A program made the translations under genes and the position numbers. Shown here piece by piece: positions 13,068 to 30,966 of a stretch of 64,000 bases of DNA. Position 1 is the stretch's first letter. Every line of letters begins with the position of its first letter. The stretch is from Ramazzottius varieornatus (taxonomy: Eukaryota; Animalia; Tardigrada), in NCBI GenBank assembly GCA_001949185.1, contig BDGG01000002.1, forward strand, positions 6,128,448 through 6,192,447, read 5' to 3'. The notes under the pieces are model-generated. The model was not told where the DNA came from. It was given only the letters and a program-made list of their open reading frames with translations, and searched no databases.

Positions 13068-13874
13068 ATGTATGGTAGCCTTCCATGGGTAAGAAGGACC
13101 ACCAACGGACTTCAAATCAGATGGAGCACTTCTCTGGCCTTCTCCGGAAAATGGACTTTTGAGCAGAACAAGGCGAAGTTTCAAAAGAGAGCTGGTAAAC
13201 TAAAGCCAATGGTACTTCCGAGAAGAATCTCCAAAGAAGCGCCTTCGGATGTAACCAAGAATTCGGACAAGAGCGGGAACTTGTCCTCACTTCCGGTTGG
13301 GTTCGCCGTCTTAGTTCCACTCTGTACGTTTAACAACATTCCATGCATCTTGTTCACCTTACGGTCCTCACACCTGACAAAACACCGCGGAGAAATCAGT
13401 TTCCCAGGTGGTCGTGCGGAGCCGGAAGATATAGACACCACAGCTGCGGCACTGAGAGAAACGGAAGAGGAAATCGGTGTCTGTCCTGGTCAAGTCGACG
13501 TATGGTCAGTGCTGCCTAGTTTTCCTACGCGGAACATGGAAGGTGTACTGACGCCTGTTGTGGGTCATCTTGGCCCGGTCGAAAAGCTCAGCTTTGTACC
13601 ACAGCCTTCCGAAGTTGAGCAAATATTCTTATGTAGTTTGGCTCATCTTTGTAATTCTGATAATCGTCGCTATACCTCCTTTCGATCGCGACCGCCAATG
13701 ACCATGCCAGTTTTCCGTACCGGAAGTGGAATCCCCGACTGGAAGTACCAGTGTTCGATCTGGGGCATGACTGCTATGATTACGAACACTATCTTAGCTT
13801 GTCTTTTACCAGAAGTTTATAAACAAAATTATTCTTTTATTACACAAACTTTCAAAACACTTCCGAAAACATGA
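13068..13874 (+). CDS. NUDT8: Nudix hydrolase NUDT8 (CoA diphosphatase family), single-exon CDS
   Basis: CoA-binding motif LFTLRSSHLTKHRGEISFPGG immediately before the Nudix box GGRAEPEDIDTTAAALRETEEEIG; IWGMTA; basic presequence-like N-terminus. Confidence 0.85.
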   Translation: MYGSLPWVRRTTNGLQIRWSTSLAFSGKWTFEQNKAKFQKRAGKLKPMVLPRRISKEAPSDVTKNSDKSGNLSSLPVGFAVLVPLCTFNNIPCILFTLRSSHLTKHRGEISFPGGRAEPEDIDTTAAALRETEEEIGVCPGQVDVWSVLPSFPTRNMEGVLTPVVGHLGPVEKLSFVPQPSEVEQIFLCSLAHLCNSDNRRYTSFRSRPPMTMPVFRTGSGIPDWKYQCSIWGMTAMITNTILACLLPEVYKQNYSFITQTFKTLPKT

Positions 13875-14020
13875 AGCCTCGACCTTCAAGCTACCCTCTA
13901 TTTTAATTATAAAACACCGGCCAAATCGCGCGAACGAAACTATTCGAGTAACAAACAGTCCAACCAGCAACCCAAACTCTCAGTCTGCCAACCTGAGTTC
14001 TTCCTGAGTCGTTTACCACG

Positions 14021-17000
14021 TCATACAGTGTCCATAGGTTCTTCGTTGGGGACGGATGATGTACCGCTGCTTCTCTCGTTTCCACCCTGTCTCTTGTAGA
14101 TCAATATGTACGGGGTAGTTTCATTCTGCAAAAATTCAGGCATAAAATATAAAACATTCGGTATTCTAAATAAGCTTCTTTGATGTGTTACCATCACATC
14201 TCCTTCGGACGCAGGCCTGACCGTACTGTCGTCGAACTTGTACCAGTGGCCATCCTTGACGTTCTTGCACATCGCCCAATAATGTCCTCCACCGAGACCG
14301 CCAGAATGACATGACACGGCAATCAAGTCATATACAGCGGGCTCTCTAGACCTCTTATTTCCCACCAAGTCAGTCAAATCCAATCCTCTGAAAATTAAAA
14401 ATTACAGCTTGGACTTCGGACGAGATGTAACCACTTTTGATATATTGTTATCCGATAGAACCTACGTCAAGGGGAATTTGACTTTGGTACTCAGTTTCTC
14501 GCGACAGAACCTGTTGTACTGAAACCGTTTCAAGTGGACAAACATGTACTTTGGCAGTCGCCACAAGTCCAGTTTTTTCATGGCTGGTTTCTCCTCTTTG
14601 CACTGCGGGCATCGCCAGAGGTTGTTTCCCGTCAGCTTTTCGGGACTGATATACAGCTGGAAGCAGTCTCTGAGCTCCACTGTATCCGCTGAACTGCCAA
14701 CACTTCTGCCAAATTTCTCGTCATCTTCCGGCTGATAAAAGAAAGCTCTATCAAGGGACCATCATCGAATCACCACATCAAATCAGCTTACCAACTGGTG
14801 TTTGATGTAGTGTTTCTGTACGGAACCTTCCGCGAAATTCGCCGACAAGAAAAGATCATTCCGCGGTGGTAAGGCGACGGGTTCCTTCTGGTGACGTTCG
14901 ATACGGGCATTCTCAGCGTTGCCGAACGAGTTGATGGTACTCACGGTGAAGACGTTGGGGACGAACAGAGCGTATGGGGTGTCGTTTTCCTTGGCTTCGG
15001 CGTCTTCAGTGGGTCCATATGCTCTTTCCAGTTGTTCAACTGGAATATCACCATCGGCATCCGGCTGGAATCTATCACCGGCCACGCCATTCTCGGACGG
15101 TGCAGCTTCGTCTGTCGGCTTCAAACGACCTCTGCGAAGACAAACCCGCCGTTAGCTTATCTATGCTTACACGAAATGGAAGACCGGTAAACAATGTCTG
15201 GATGATCGTTGTCTCAAGCGGCGCACGTTTCCGACCAATAACAAGAAAGAGTGCGCCACTTTGCCCACGTCACACATCGCACTCACTGTATTTTAGAGTA
15301 CATCATTCGGTAGAGGTCTTTAGCTGAAAGTTTGTCGTCTTTCGGTACGGAAATGACAAAGGGGATGTCGAACAAAGTTCCGTGGTTTGTCAACAGCGAC
15401 GGATCGTCCGCGTCCCTGCAGAACAGGTCGGGCTACACTGGTCGGAAGTGCCAATGTAAAAAAGGAGCTCAACACAGAAAGCTGCACCCACTTGATCTTT
15501 CGAAGGTAGCAAATTGCAGGTACATGGCTTTCATCGTCAAAAGGGTGAGCTAACTGATAGAGGAAAACCTTGTCCCGATCCTGCATTTCATCAACCGATT
15601 GTTTACGTTTCAATATCTTGTCCACTCGGTTGTCGTACAGAACGATCGGCAGTAGCTGGAAGAAAAAGCAACATGATCTACGATTTCGGAACCCTGACTA
15701 CAGTGAAACAGGCTTACATATTCGGGCTGGACTGAAATCTGTTTGCCGGCATGTGCAAGGAACTCGCTGATATTCGCACTGTTCGGGATGTTGCTCAGCT
15801 TGTGCTAAGAATACACTAAGGACTGTCGGACCTGATAGTTGTGAACAAGAAATGGAATGGTACCAACCCTGCTGACTGGCTTCGAGGCGTCGTACGGTAC
15901 ATATATATACGATAACTTCTTGGTTTTCGTACTGGGAAGCGGAAGGGAATAGTAGCAAACCGGGTCGAACGTCACGGACAACTTTTTGCAGTCAGGACAC
16001 TGAATGGTCGATCGAATTTGCCCATGAAACAGGTCGACTATCACAGAGTTATCCCGAGCAATGTACCTCTCCCACGCTTCCCTTGATGCAGTCTACAAAG
16101 CGCAACCCACTTTTCATTGACAGTATCGAATAATCATGTGGGAAATGAAAATCGTTTGTGACTAGGACGTCACCAAAGGTATTCACCCAGATCTTTATTA
16201 TATCTCAAGCGGCGCATGTCTGCATTGTTCTGCATTGTGCGCTACTTGGGAAAACGATCTGGTCCAACTCATTTGCCGAAGTCCCATTTTTGATCTCTCT
16301 AACCTCATCATCCCTCTTGTCGTTCTCGTCCTCCTGAAAGTACGGCTTCTTCTTCACACGATTGAGGTCTTCATGGAGGCAGTCCACAATGTACTGCAGG
16401 CTCTCCTGTGCATCTTGCTGAGCTCCGTTGAACAAGGAAGTGAAACGGGACAGAGTTTTCTGAGAGAAAGACTTAGAAAAGACTCAGAATATATTGAATG
16501 AGAAGGCGTAATTAGGTACCTTGAAGTCAGTTGGATAGACGGAGCCGCCCGATTGTTTCTTCCACAGGCTTTCTAGAAGGTGAGCATAGACATTGGCAAT
16601 GGCTCCTCCCTTCCCCAGCGGGTTCTCGCCATTGACGTCTTCAGTGTAATTGTTTGTCAGAAAGTAGTTTGTCAGTTCGGGAACGTTACTCAAGCACTGA
16701 AGAGACGAGTTCATAAAGCAGGTGTTTCCCAGGTTTCCCAGCCCGACAAGACCTGGAGTGTGGGGCGAGTCATCGTATCCGTTGATACCAGCACTTCCAT
16801 CACGCGTGTTCGTATGTCCCGAACGTAAGTTGTAACTCTTGACAAAGTTCTGACCGGCGACTCGAGCAGTACCATTACCCGTAGGTGATTCGTGGAGGCT
16901 CTTCAACTCGGCTTGTAGTTTCTCCAACGCCTCTTCGTCATCCAAAGCCCAAGTGCTGTCTGGGACTTTCGTCTCGACGATTATTTGCTAAAATAATCAA

Positions 17001-18049
17001 ATGTCAAAATACAAGAAACTGAACAATTTTCATCGTGTCGAAAATGTTCATCATAACGTACATGTTTCGGACTAAGGTCGAGCTCGTTCAGCTTGGTTTT
17101 CTCATCTTCGATGTTAGGCAGGTATGGCTTTTCGCCTGGCAGGCTAACCCAGAACCGACTCATCATCGACTTCGAAACATCAAACTTGTCCAGCAGCATA
17201 TCCGTGCATTCCTCTGTACAGAAGAAAGAAAAACAGTCGGTTTCGTGGTCCCCAACTCGCACCATAAAACGACCATAAGCTGGGTTAGGAGGCATTACTT
17301 ATTGGTACGGAGCGACTCGCTCGGATGGTTTTGACGTTATTGACATCGGGGTAGAGCGCGCACTGGAATGCCAGCGGCCTGGCTTCGATCTGCAAAGTTC
17401 AGTTCTTCACTTCTTTCATAATCGATAATTCGAGAACGAAATGGATACCTTGATATCGAATGTTGGACTTTCGTAGGTCCGAACTTCGATTGTTTGGGCG
17501 TCATCCACCACACCGAAAACGTTCACTATCTTATTCCACGTAGTCTCTGATACGAAATCATAGTCATGTTTCTCCACCAGATCGTCCTTCAGTACATTTT
17601 GATCATCACCTAAAACAAGAAACAACTTTGATTATCGTTATGGGGATTAGCCAATGATCTCATGGAGGCGCCTCAACTAATTCACGCAGTTGCTTGCATA
17701 CTTCTGACAATCAATTCCTTGTTGTTGACTGCGCCAGGGTTAGTGGTCTGGTTGGATCCTCCTTCTTCGAGATGTTGCTTTAGTTGTGTAAGGTACTTCG
17801 AACTTATAATGTACCTGGAAACGAGCAGAACGATAAGTCAGTTCGGGTGGGGTAAACCCTTTCAGCATGAAAACAGTCTTACCATTTCTCGTTAGCTACC
17901 AGCGGGTAATCGTCGCTATCAAGAAGTCTCTTCAACTCCCGGAGCTCAGCTTTCTTGTCTGAAACTTCTGGCTTTTCATCCACATCCATAGAGTTGTCAG
18001 AAGACGGAACAACCTCCGACGGCTCTTGTTTCCGCTTGGTAGTCACCAT
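14021..18049 (-). CDS. USP15: Ubiquitin-specific protease of the USP4/11/15 family (DUSP-UBL-catalytic), multi-exon
   Basis: Cys box [23 protein letters not shown]; [23 protein letters not shown]; [18 protein letters not shown]; [22 protein letters not shown]; His box [19 protein letters not shown]; DUSP-like N-terminus. Which paralogue it is cannot be resolved. Confidence 0.9.
15204..15262. mobile_element. Family A copy 2 (USP intron)
   Basis: GATCGTTGTCTCAAGCGGCGCAC-gtttccgaccaataacaagaaaga-GTGCGCCACTT; the loop is homologous to the reverse complement of the copy 1 loop. Confidence 0.7.
16187..16262. mobile_element. Family A copy 3 (USP intron)
   Basis: CCAGATC..TATCTCAAGCGGCGCA…TGCGCTACTTGGGAAAACGATCTGG. 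Confidence 0.65.
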
Positions 18050-18640
18050 TCTGCACAGGAGAAGATGAATCAGCAAAATTAGGGCACTCAGCACGAACAC
18101 GACCACAGCAGGATGTGAAGAGGATGTCGCTCCAGACGCTCCCTGTCCTGGAGATATGCAATCCTTGTAGAAGAGAGTGACACGCAGAATCTGCAGGTGA
18201 TTCAGATCCAAGCTAGAGAAACTTTGAAGCTGGAAGAAGAAAACTGAATTTCTGTCCGTCAGGACCGTCACTGGGCTAGCGAAGCGATATCGTGTAGAAA
18301 ATGAGTATGCTTCGGCGAAGCGGGTGGGTGCTACGTCGCGTTTAAGCTACGTTGCGGTCCGTGACGCACACGTTGTCAGCTGGCTAGTTACCGCTTCGTA
18401 TCAGCTTCGCCAGAACAGCAACAAGGTTTTTTTAACTTTATTCCCATTTCGACGATTTCGTTCTCACTTCTCAGACCAGAAGCTCAACTGATCGGGAACA
18501 TTTCATCTATACTGTTTCCGGACGTGCGGCACGGATAAGAAGAAGTTGACTATACAGGTGAGAACTGTAAGTCAGGTGCTCGCATCGTGCGTTAAAAGAT
18601 CGAATGGCAGCATGTTCAAATCGATGGGAGGTGGATGTCA

Positions 18641-18648
18641 TCATGTGA
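18641..18648 (+). promoter_or_regulatory. Extended M-box (TCATGTGA), candidate Mitf/TFEB site in the 5'UTR intron of V-ATPase A
   Basis: Exact TCATGTGA inside the 5'UTR intron (donor 18558, acceptor 18700 or 18711), ~100 nt upstream of the ATG. Confidence 0.5.
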
Positions 18649-18740
18649 TGGCGAAGTTGGCACATTCTGTCTGGCTTGATTAATTGATTTTTCGTGTCAG
18701 GTGTTCTGCAGGTCCTCCGTCTATTCTCCTTTGCTGAACC

Positions 18741-21125
<2,385 letters not shown>

Positions 21126-21958
21126 TCGATTTCCCCCATAGTGTCTGTGAAATCTTGTCTTTATAAGTAGCCGCTTTAAACATTTACCCGTTCTGTATCG
21201 GCTGTGGGTGCAATAAGTGGCTCTTTTCGTTGATTAAGTTAACAGTTTCGATGACATACTTCGTTTTGAGCAGCTTATATTATCGTTTCATTTAAGTTCT
21301 CGTCTTCAAGCATTCCAGTCAAATTATGTACTCGGTCGTATCAAGGGATGTTGCTAGCATGATTGTGATATTTATTGTTGTTTGATCATGTACACTGTCT
21401 GTTCGGTTGTGCCACTACTTGTGTTGATGTTTCCGCAGAGTTTTTCTTTGACCGATTAAACCAAAATCGAATCACGAAAATTTAACAGTATTATCTACAG
21501 TGCTTGACAATAGTCCCACCCTTTTGAATTCTGAGTCGCCAAAATTTATCGAAGTTCAAACGAAAACCCGAAACTTTGTAGTTTGTGCATTAAATAGGAA
21601 ATCTATCCACCGGAAACAGGTACAGTAAATAGTTACACCGAGGAAGTATAAACTTGCTAGTAAAACAGAAACAAATGAAATGAATGCTCCTGACATAGTA
21701 AAATCTCAAAATGCAACACCGTCCAAACCAAAAAAGTTTAAATTAAGCTTGAGTCTCTTGGGGTACTACTACCTCATTCGTTCCAGCGAGAAAGATATAT
21801 CTTTGGTCTGTTTTTGACGGACGGTAAAACAAGCTCTCAGGAACATTTTGTGTCAACGTATGTCACAGTAGCACGGGAGATACATTCAGTAAGTCCAAAC
21901 TTTATCACAGACGAGTTAGTTCCTCGGCGAACATCGAATGTTCTCAGGAACTCGGACT

Positions 21959-24744
21959 TCATTTTATCCAGATCTAACGAAAGAATGGTCAGACAGCGTA
22001 CCCACCTCATCAAAACTTGGTATGGATCAGAGTACTTACTTCTCGAAGCGATACCCAGAACGCACTTTCTGCCGTCGCTCTTATCCGGATGGCTAACGCC
22101 GGCGTTTTCCCTGCCAGGCTGCCTTCGGCTATGCCTCTCTTAAACGACCCAACTTGCGACCAGGTGTACGTTTCATTACCCTTGCCTGGTTCGGTCGCTA
22201 TTTCTACCACTGCATCATAAAACTGATCTGTGGGATGCTCAGCGTTTCCCGACTTGAACAGGAAGTACGTTAAGAGCGTCGGCTTGGAAAATTCCACCGT
22301 CACGCCGTCCCCTAGAATGGATAACAACATGCACTTATCCGCTGACTCGAACTTCCTGCTGCATATAGGAGCTCGACAAAACAACTCGATAAGATCGCTC
22401 ATCCAAGCAGCGTGCGCTTTCGGTCCATGATACTCGAAGCGTGCGCCACTCAGGAAAATAATTCTGCCGAGTGTATTTGCCGGACTCCCATAGTTTACGA
22501 TCTTCCCCTCTCGTTGTAGCTAGAATGAATGTTTTACCTGGCTGCGGATTGAGAGCCCAGAAGTAGCTCTTTCCAGCGTAAGCATCTTCCAGAGTATGCG
22601 ACTGGTAAACTTTGAGCGAAGTCGACAGTTTCTTCGCCGGAGGATTATCCGTGTGCGGGATGAACAACTCCACTTTGCCGAAGTCCTTTTCCTGTAACAA
22701 ACCCATCGATGTAATTGCTCAATTTGCATAGATCAAATTAGGATATTGGGTTAAGGAACGAGCCCTGATGACAGCACTCACTCTTAATTTCTGCACTTTT
22801 CCCTTGAGCGAAGACTCGACACCCATGTGCTGGAAGAGTGATGGCTTATACTTGCGGATGGCTTTCTCCAAGGCCTTCGGACAGTACTTGGCCTCGTGGT
22901 TATCCAGGCAGACCTTGACGAATAAGTAGTTTGCAAGGAGCCAGTCGATCGGCTTGGTTTCATAAAACATCAGGAGGAACTCCACAAAGTTTGGCAGATC
23001 GGACGACTTAAACAGTTTGCCTAGAATAAGGGCGTACCAATAATTAGTTGAAGCATACAGCGATAAAACGGAAGAAAGAGATAAACCAAGAAGTAAATGC
23101 TACGAACTCACTGATGAAACCGAGGCTGGAGAACTCCATCATGACGTAGCCTTCTTGACTTCCGGCAAAGTTCTTTATTTTCGTGACATAGCTCGGCTTG
23201 GTCACAACGTCGTCTTCCAGCTAAAGTACGATCAGCCCATTACCAACAAAATTTATTGCTCATATGCTAGTAAATATGCAAACGCCAGCCGATTTCTGGG
23301 ACAATTGAACAGTATGTAACATAATCTTCCAAGCTAACAATTGTTTACCTGCATGTAGTAAACGCCCTTCTTGTGTCCATACATCATCAAATATGCGAAA
23401 TCAAGAACTTGTTTGGCACGCCACCTGCAAGACCAACACAAAGAAACGTCAACGATCACCGTACGAACAGTAGTTCGCTCTAGGCAATGCGAAGTAGGTT
23501 GACAGACCACGTCCAACAAAGTCCGTACTTTAAAGTTTAAGCTGGTCTTGAAAGACCCAAAACTGTGATGCACTGTCAAATGCCTGTGCTATTGAAATAA
23601 CCATCTTTGGTTCGAGAAGACGGAAATATGGATAAGGAGAAACGAAACCTATCGAGTTGATGAAAAAGGTCTATTGGGATTTCACTTCATACTTCATTCG
23701 CTCCGGAGGGTCCCCGAGGGTCGATGGGAGAGCGTTAAGATCTGGATAATAGTCCACCGATGGAGCTATTATTTCCAGCACGCCCTTCTCGATGTACTGC
23801 GCGAACGTTGTCTGCAGTTCGTTGATGAAAACATCCACGGTTTCGAGGTTCGTGATGTCCGCTACCATTACGACTATCACAACGTCTTTCTCTTCGCTGT
23901 CCTTCAGGTTCCTGAGCAGCGACTCGAGTGTCTCGTCGATATAGTTGTGCGTACTCCGTTGGACCGTGGGGACCCCAATAACCAGCGACACTAAAAAAGC
24001 AGTAGAATTTAATGCATACTACGCGCAGAATTTGCACAAAAAAAGGCGATCTGGATTTGTAACAACAAACAGATCAGTTATGTATCGATCTTTGATACTG
24101 ATACAAAAAACAGCACAGTAATCTTTTACGCAAATAAAGCAGGAATATTCCAGACCTTTGTCGCGGTTCTTGCCGATCGATACTCGGGGTATCAGAGCCC
24201 CTGCTTTGCCGAGCAGATGAGGCAAATGTTGAAAAACGGTGGGTATTTCGAGCTGGCCTTCGCGCGACAACACTTCCTCTGGCTGGCTGTCATTCCCGCA
24301 AGGTGTAGCAAGTCGACTTGCATTCATGAAGTAAAGGCGTTTCTGCCGTAAATGCAGCAGATATTCCGCATGAGATAATCGGTCCTTGAGGGAATTCAGC
24401 TCGCCGCTTATCTCTTGATTCTGCACAACGAATCCTATAAACAAACAAACGGCATACCAATCCTGTTTACCAAAGCAATTATGGAGACTCAACAGTCTCG
24501 CTAGAACTTGCTTCAAATTTCCCTCTGGGTCATTGCAAATTCGAAACCACACACACCGAATTCACAGCGGACTGAGAAGTGCTGTACATATTCAAATTAA
24601 ATAAGGTGTTATATAAAGCTTACCGTTCGTCGTTTCCTTCAGACTCTGGAGCCAGTTATATGAGCTTAGTAACGCCAACGGAGCCAAAAACGCCGCTAGC
24701 GCCAGAAGAACCAGCAGTTTACGCCGTGGAACGACCACCGTCAT
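21959..24744 (-). CDS. MGAT4: Alpha-1,3-mannosyl-glycoprotein 4-beta-N-acetylglucosaminyltransferase (GnT-IV, MGAT4A/B-like), 9 coding exons
   Basis: Type II TM anchor, then SLVIGVPTVQR, LGDPPERMK|WRAKQVLDFAYLM..YYMQ|LEDDV, EFSSLGFI, FYETKPIDWLL, PSLFQHMGVESSLKGKVQKL and the C-terminal lectin domain (FKSGNAEHP..SLRE|IWIK*). Confidence 0.93.
22391..22464. mobile_element. Family A copy 4 (MGAT4 intron), degenerate
   Basis: AGATCGCTCATCCAAGCAGCGTGCGC…GCGTGCGCCACTCAGGAAAATAAT. Confidence 0.55.
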
Positions 24745-25635
24745 CTTTGCTTGAGCAGGAAGAACCCTGGTACAAGAATCAAGAATCGCTATATACAACT
24801 CCAGCCATAGTTCCGGGACAGACTCATGCACTGCGGATACGAGCACTATCCAGGCTCAGCCCTCGTCCGGTTTAGTTCAGCATATCAGCTGCTGCTTCCT
24901 GCAGCAAATATAAAACAACCAGTGTATAATGGTTTAATGGGAAGGTTACACCGTTACATTAAGCGGTAAAATTCCCGCAAGAGCATCTGCGCTGTTCAGA
25001 TAAGGAGCACGCATCGTCTGAACAACTCATACGTACCTTCTTCTTACGGAGCAGCTCCATGCAACACTGCCTCCACGTCCCAACCTCCTAGACGCTTGTT
25101 TGTTCACGAAACCGGATATGGAGCCACTTCAAAACGCTGATGGTGATCGGATCCAACTAAAACTCGTCAAAAATGCATCGATAGTTTTGATATTTTCACT
25201 GCGGAGAAAACAAACATTGCGAAATGCGGCATTCAAAGGTCTGAGACGCCGTCGTGACGATGTTGAAAGTACCTGTGACTTTTTCTAACAAGTAAACTGT
25301 CCGTTTGATTGACGGATTGTTCGGTCGAAATGCACATCGATTTTACCGTTGTGGTACGCCATTGAGAACTGTGAGATAGTAGGTCTTGTCAGAAGGATGT
25401 TCGTGCATGAGATGACATGATATGACATGACAGGACAGTCCCCGATCGTCGACAGACTGAGTTGTTTCCTTTCCGTGGGATGACTGGATCTTTCGTCTTT
25501 GATATCAACTTATCATTGTTAATTCTTCCGCCGTCTCGTTTCTCAAACATCTTTTGCCTGTTGTAGAGTACAGAGAACACGGAGGATATCTCACCGTTCC
25601 TTCTTTCGGTTGCTGGTGGTAGGTTGGGTTTCGGA

Positions 25636-26399
25636 ATGGCATCGCATCTCGTTGGATCATCGTATGGGGCAATAAATAGGATTGGGGCTCGTCTATCAAT
25701 AAGGACTTCTGGACTGTTTACGAGGACTTTCGCCACCTCCACATCCGCCAACGTTTACAAGAACATGAATCCTCCAAGGACGGAAGAGATGCCATGGGCT
25801 GAAGTACACGAGAAAGGAGTACAGCGCTTTTTCTGGAACGAGCTAATCCGCGGTATGCTGGTCGTAACGGGCCACATATTCAAAGAGCCAGCCACCATCA
25901 ACTACCCATTCGAGAAAGGCCCACTAAGTCCACGCTTTCGAGGAGAACATGCTCTCAGACGGTATCCTTCGGGAGAAGAACGATGCATTGCATGTAAACT
26001 TTGCGAGGCTGTCTGTCCTGCCCAGGTAAGTTCCATTTCTTCGAGCATCAAAATAACATCGTATATGTACACGCTATTGGTTTCAAGCTGGTTCCCAAAT
26101 ATACCCGTACGCGGCAGTATGTTCGTTGGTTGTTTAAGGCGATCACGATCGAAGCAGAGGAAAGGCCAGACGGGAGTCGCAGGACAACGAGGTACGATAT
26201 CGACATGACGAAGTGTATATACTGCGGACTGTGCCAGGAGGCTTGTCCGGTGGACGCCATCGTCGAGGGTCCGAACTTTGAATTTTCAACAGAAACTCGA
26301 GAAGAATTGCTGTATAACAAGGATAAGCTGCTGACTAACGGTGATCGGTGGGAAGCAGAAATTTCCAGCAATATAGAAGCAGATCATCTTTATCGGTGA
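25636..26399 (+). CDS. NDUFS8: NADH dehydrogenase Fe-S protein 8 (TYKY); intron 26026-26138
   Basis: [44 protein letters not shown]|AITIEAE...[16 protein letters not shown]: two 4Fe-4S motifs. Confidence 0.97.
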
Positions 26400-28328
26400 A
26401 GGGCAGTCTTCGAGATGAAAATGGGACCGGAAGTCGGTGAAGAGCTGCGACTAACGTCTATCCACATAGTACTCCTATTTTGATTTTTGTGGTGAAAGTT
26501 CATGTAAGTATTTTGACCTATAGTATGCTTTATCAATATTGAATAGAACTCTTAAGTCGTTAGTTGCTGCTGGTGTGTATAGCCGCGACAGAATGTGTCA
26601 TCTTGTCACCTTCTTACTCCGTAGATTTTGCCATCGTAGTACCCTGAGAGCAGCGCTCTTTTTAACCTTGGGTTATGGAGTTCGAATGCCGAGATCGGTT
26701 AATAAAGGTTTCCATTCACTGAAAATCCGTACTGAACTCGGTGATAGTTCGACCTTACGGCGAGGGTTCTTACCTGCGGTATTTCTCATTCAGCTGTTTC
26801 CAGTCGATCATAATCATGTACATTCACCTTCTGCTGACTGGCTTCTTGCAGAATGCGCTGCGTTAACGATGGATGGTCGTCTCTTCCACGTCTTCATATA
26901 GTCCGCCCGGCCAAGCAAGAGCATCACGACACCGGTTCCGTCCCTACAGTTCCTGCATAATCGAAGGACTTCCGGTTAGAGCCAGGTGCTGGGGTCTGTG
27001 CTTGGAATGACAGAAGGTTCCTTGCTAAGCATCATCCGCTCGAGCGGTCATACGCCACCTTCAGGTAGGTCTTCCCTTCGTCAAACTTAAGATTCAACTC
27101 ATTCAAGTATATAGATGGGGGACCTGTGGGAACCCATAGGAGTGCTTTTTCGGGTGCTAAAGCGCATGAGGTAATGGTCCTTCAGACAGGTTTTGTCATC
27201 ATTGAAGCCGAAGAAAATTTAAACAAGTTCTCTGCTTTCCAGTGGGTCGATTGCGGAAGCACATCAAGTTAAAGTTTCAATATATTTTTCACTGCTATCA
27301 TTTTTGAAAGGCTAGAGTAAACTCCTAATATTGACAAAATGTAAATGTGTCCGATGGGCCGTAAAGTGAGTGTTAAGCATTGCGGCAGGAGCATCTTGAG
27401 AAATGCGAATTGACAATCGCATTCATTCACCTATGAATGTTTCCTCTTTCATTGAGCAGCAAGTGTGTTTTGAGAGTAGCGACAAGTTAACAAAGCGGTA
27501 TAATGTTGTCTCTTTAGAGGCGAATAACACATCTCACTGTCCGCCATCAATGCACACAAACTGCTCATATGCATTACCACAAATTTATGTCAACAGGTGT
27601 TCACACCGAAAAAACATTGTACGGTATAGGCCGCTGCCATAGTTGTCACACTTCAAATACGCCTTAAACTTTGCTTGACCACCTTCGTCGTCCATTGACG
27701 AACTTTACTTGGGTTTTCACACTTCCATAGAGGCATAGATACTTTGTTCCGCCGTAAATGACCCTTGACTCCAAATTAACATATGGGCGTCTGGGGTGTG
27801 GTTGACCCGCACCGCGCTGCGCCGGATTCTCGTAGGTTCCTGTGGGAAGCTCCGTCGTACATGCCCTCCTCAGTCTGGAAGCTGAAAGATAAAAGAGAAG
27901 GCACGTATATGGTAACACTATTTTGACCTGAAGGATTCAGGTAGTTATATTATGATCTCCACAAAAATTTTCGAACCACATAAAAATTGTTTGTATTTAT
28001 TTCAGGCATGTTTGGTGGACTCGAATTACTGATCGCCGAGTTAAGCGTCGGCCAACAGCAGAAATGAAGTAATCTCCGCCCAGAAAGTCGCTCCCGAAGT
28101 CGCAAGTTTGGATCTGACAGTAAGAGACACGAGCGATACCCAAAAGTTCTATGCGTTATAAGTCTCAAGACCGCCCGCCTTTTGAAGCCGAGCCAATCGC
28201 TGGCCGACGAGGTATGGATGTTACTTGTGTTTAAACTTCGTAATACGCTATATGCTAAATACTCCTTTGGACCGATCGCTCAAAGGTATTAATAGGACGA
28301 CGCGGCACCCTCATGATCAGTTGCATGA

Positions 28329-30966
<2,638 letters not shown>

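Noticed and set aside
21496-21826. Tc1/mariner-like remnant (TACAGTG… / …GACGGTA) between V-ATPase A and MGAT4
   Set aside because: The putative TIRs match at only ~10/15 positions, which is insufficient without a repeat library.
26770-26900. Possible small minus-strand exon (MKTWKRRPSIV…, donor-like GCAG|GTAAGA)
   Set aside because: I could not build a consistent multi-exon model or recognise a product.
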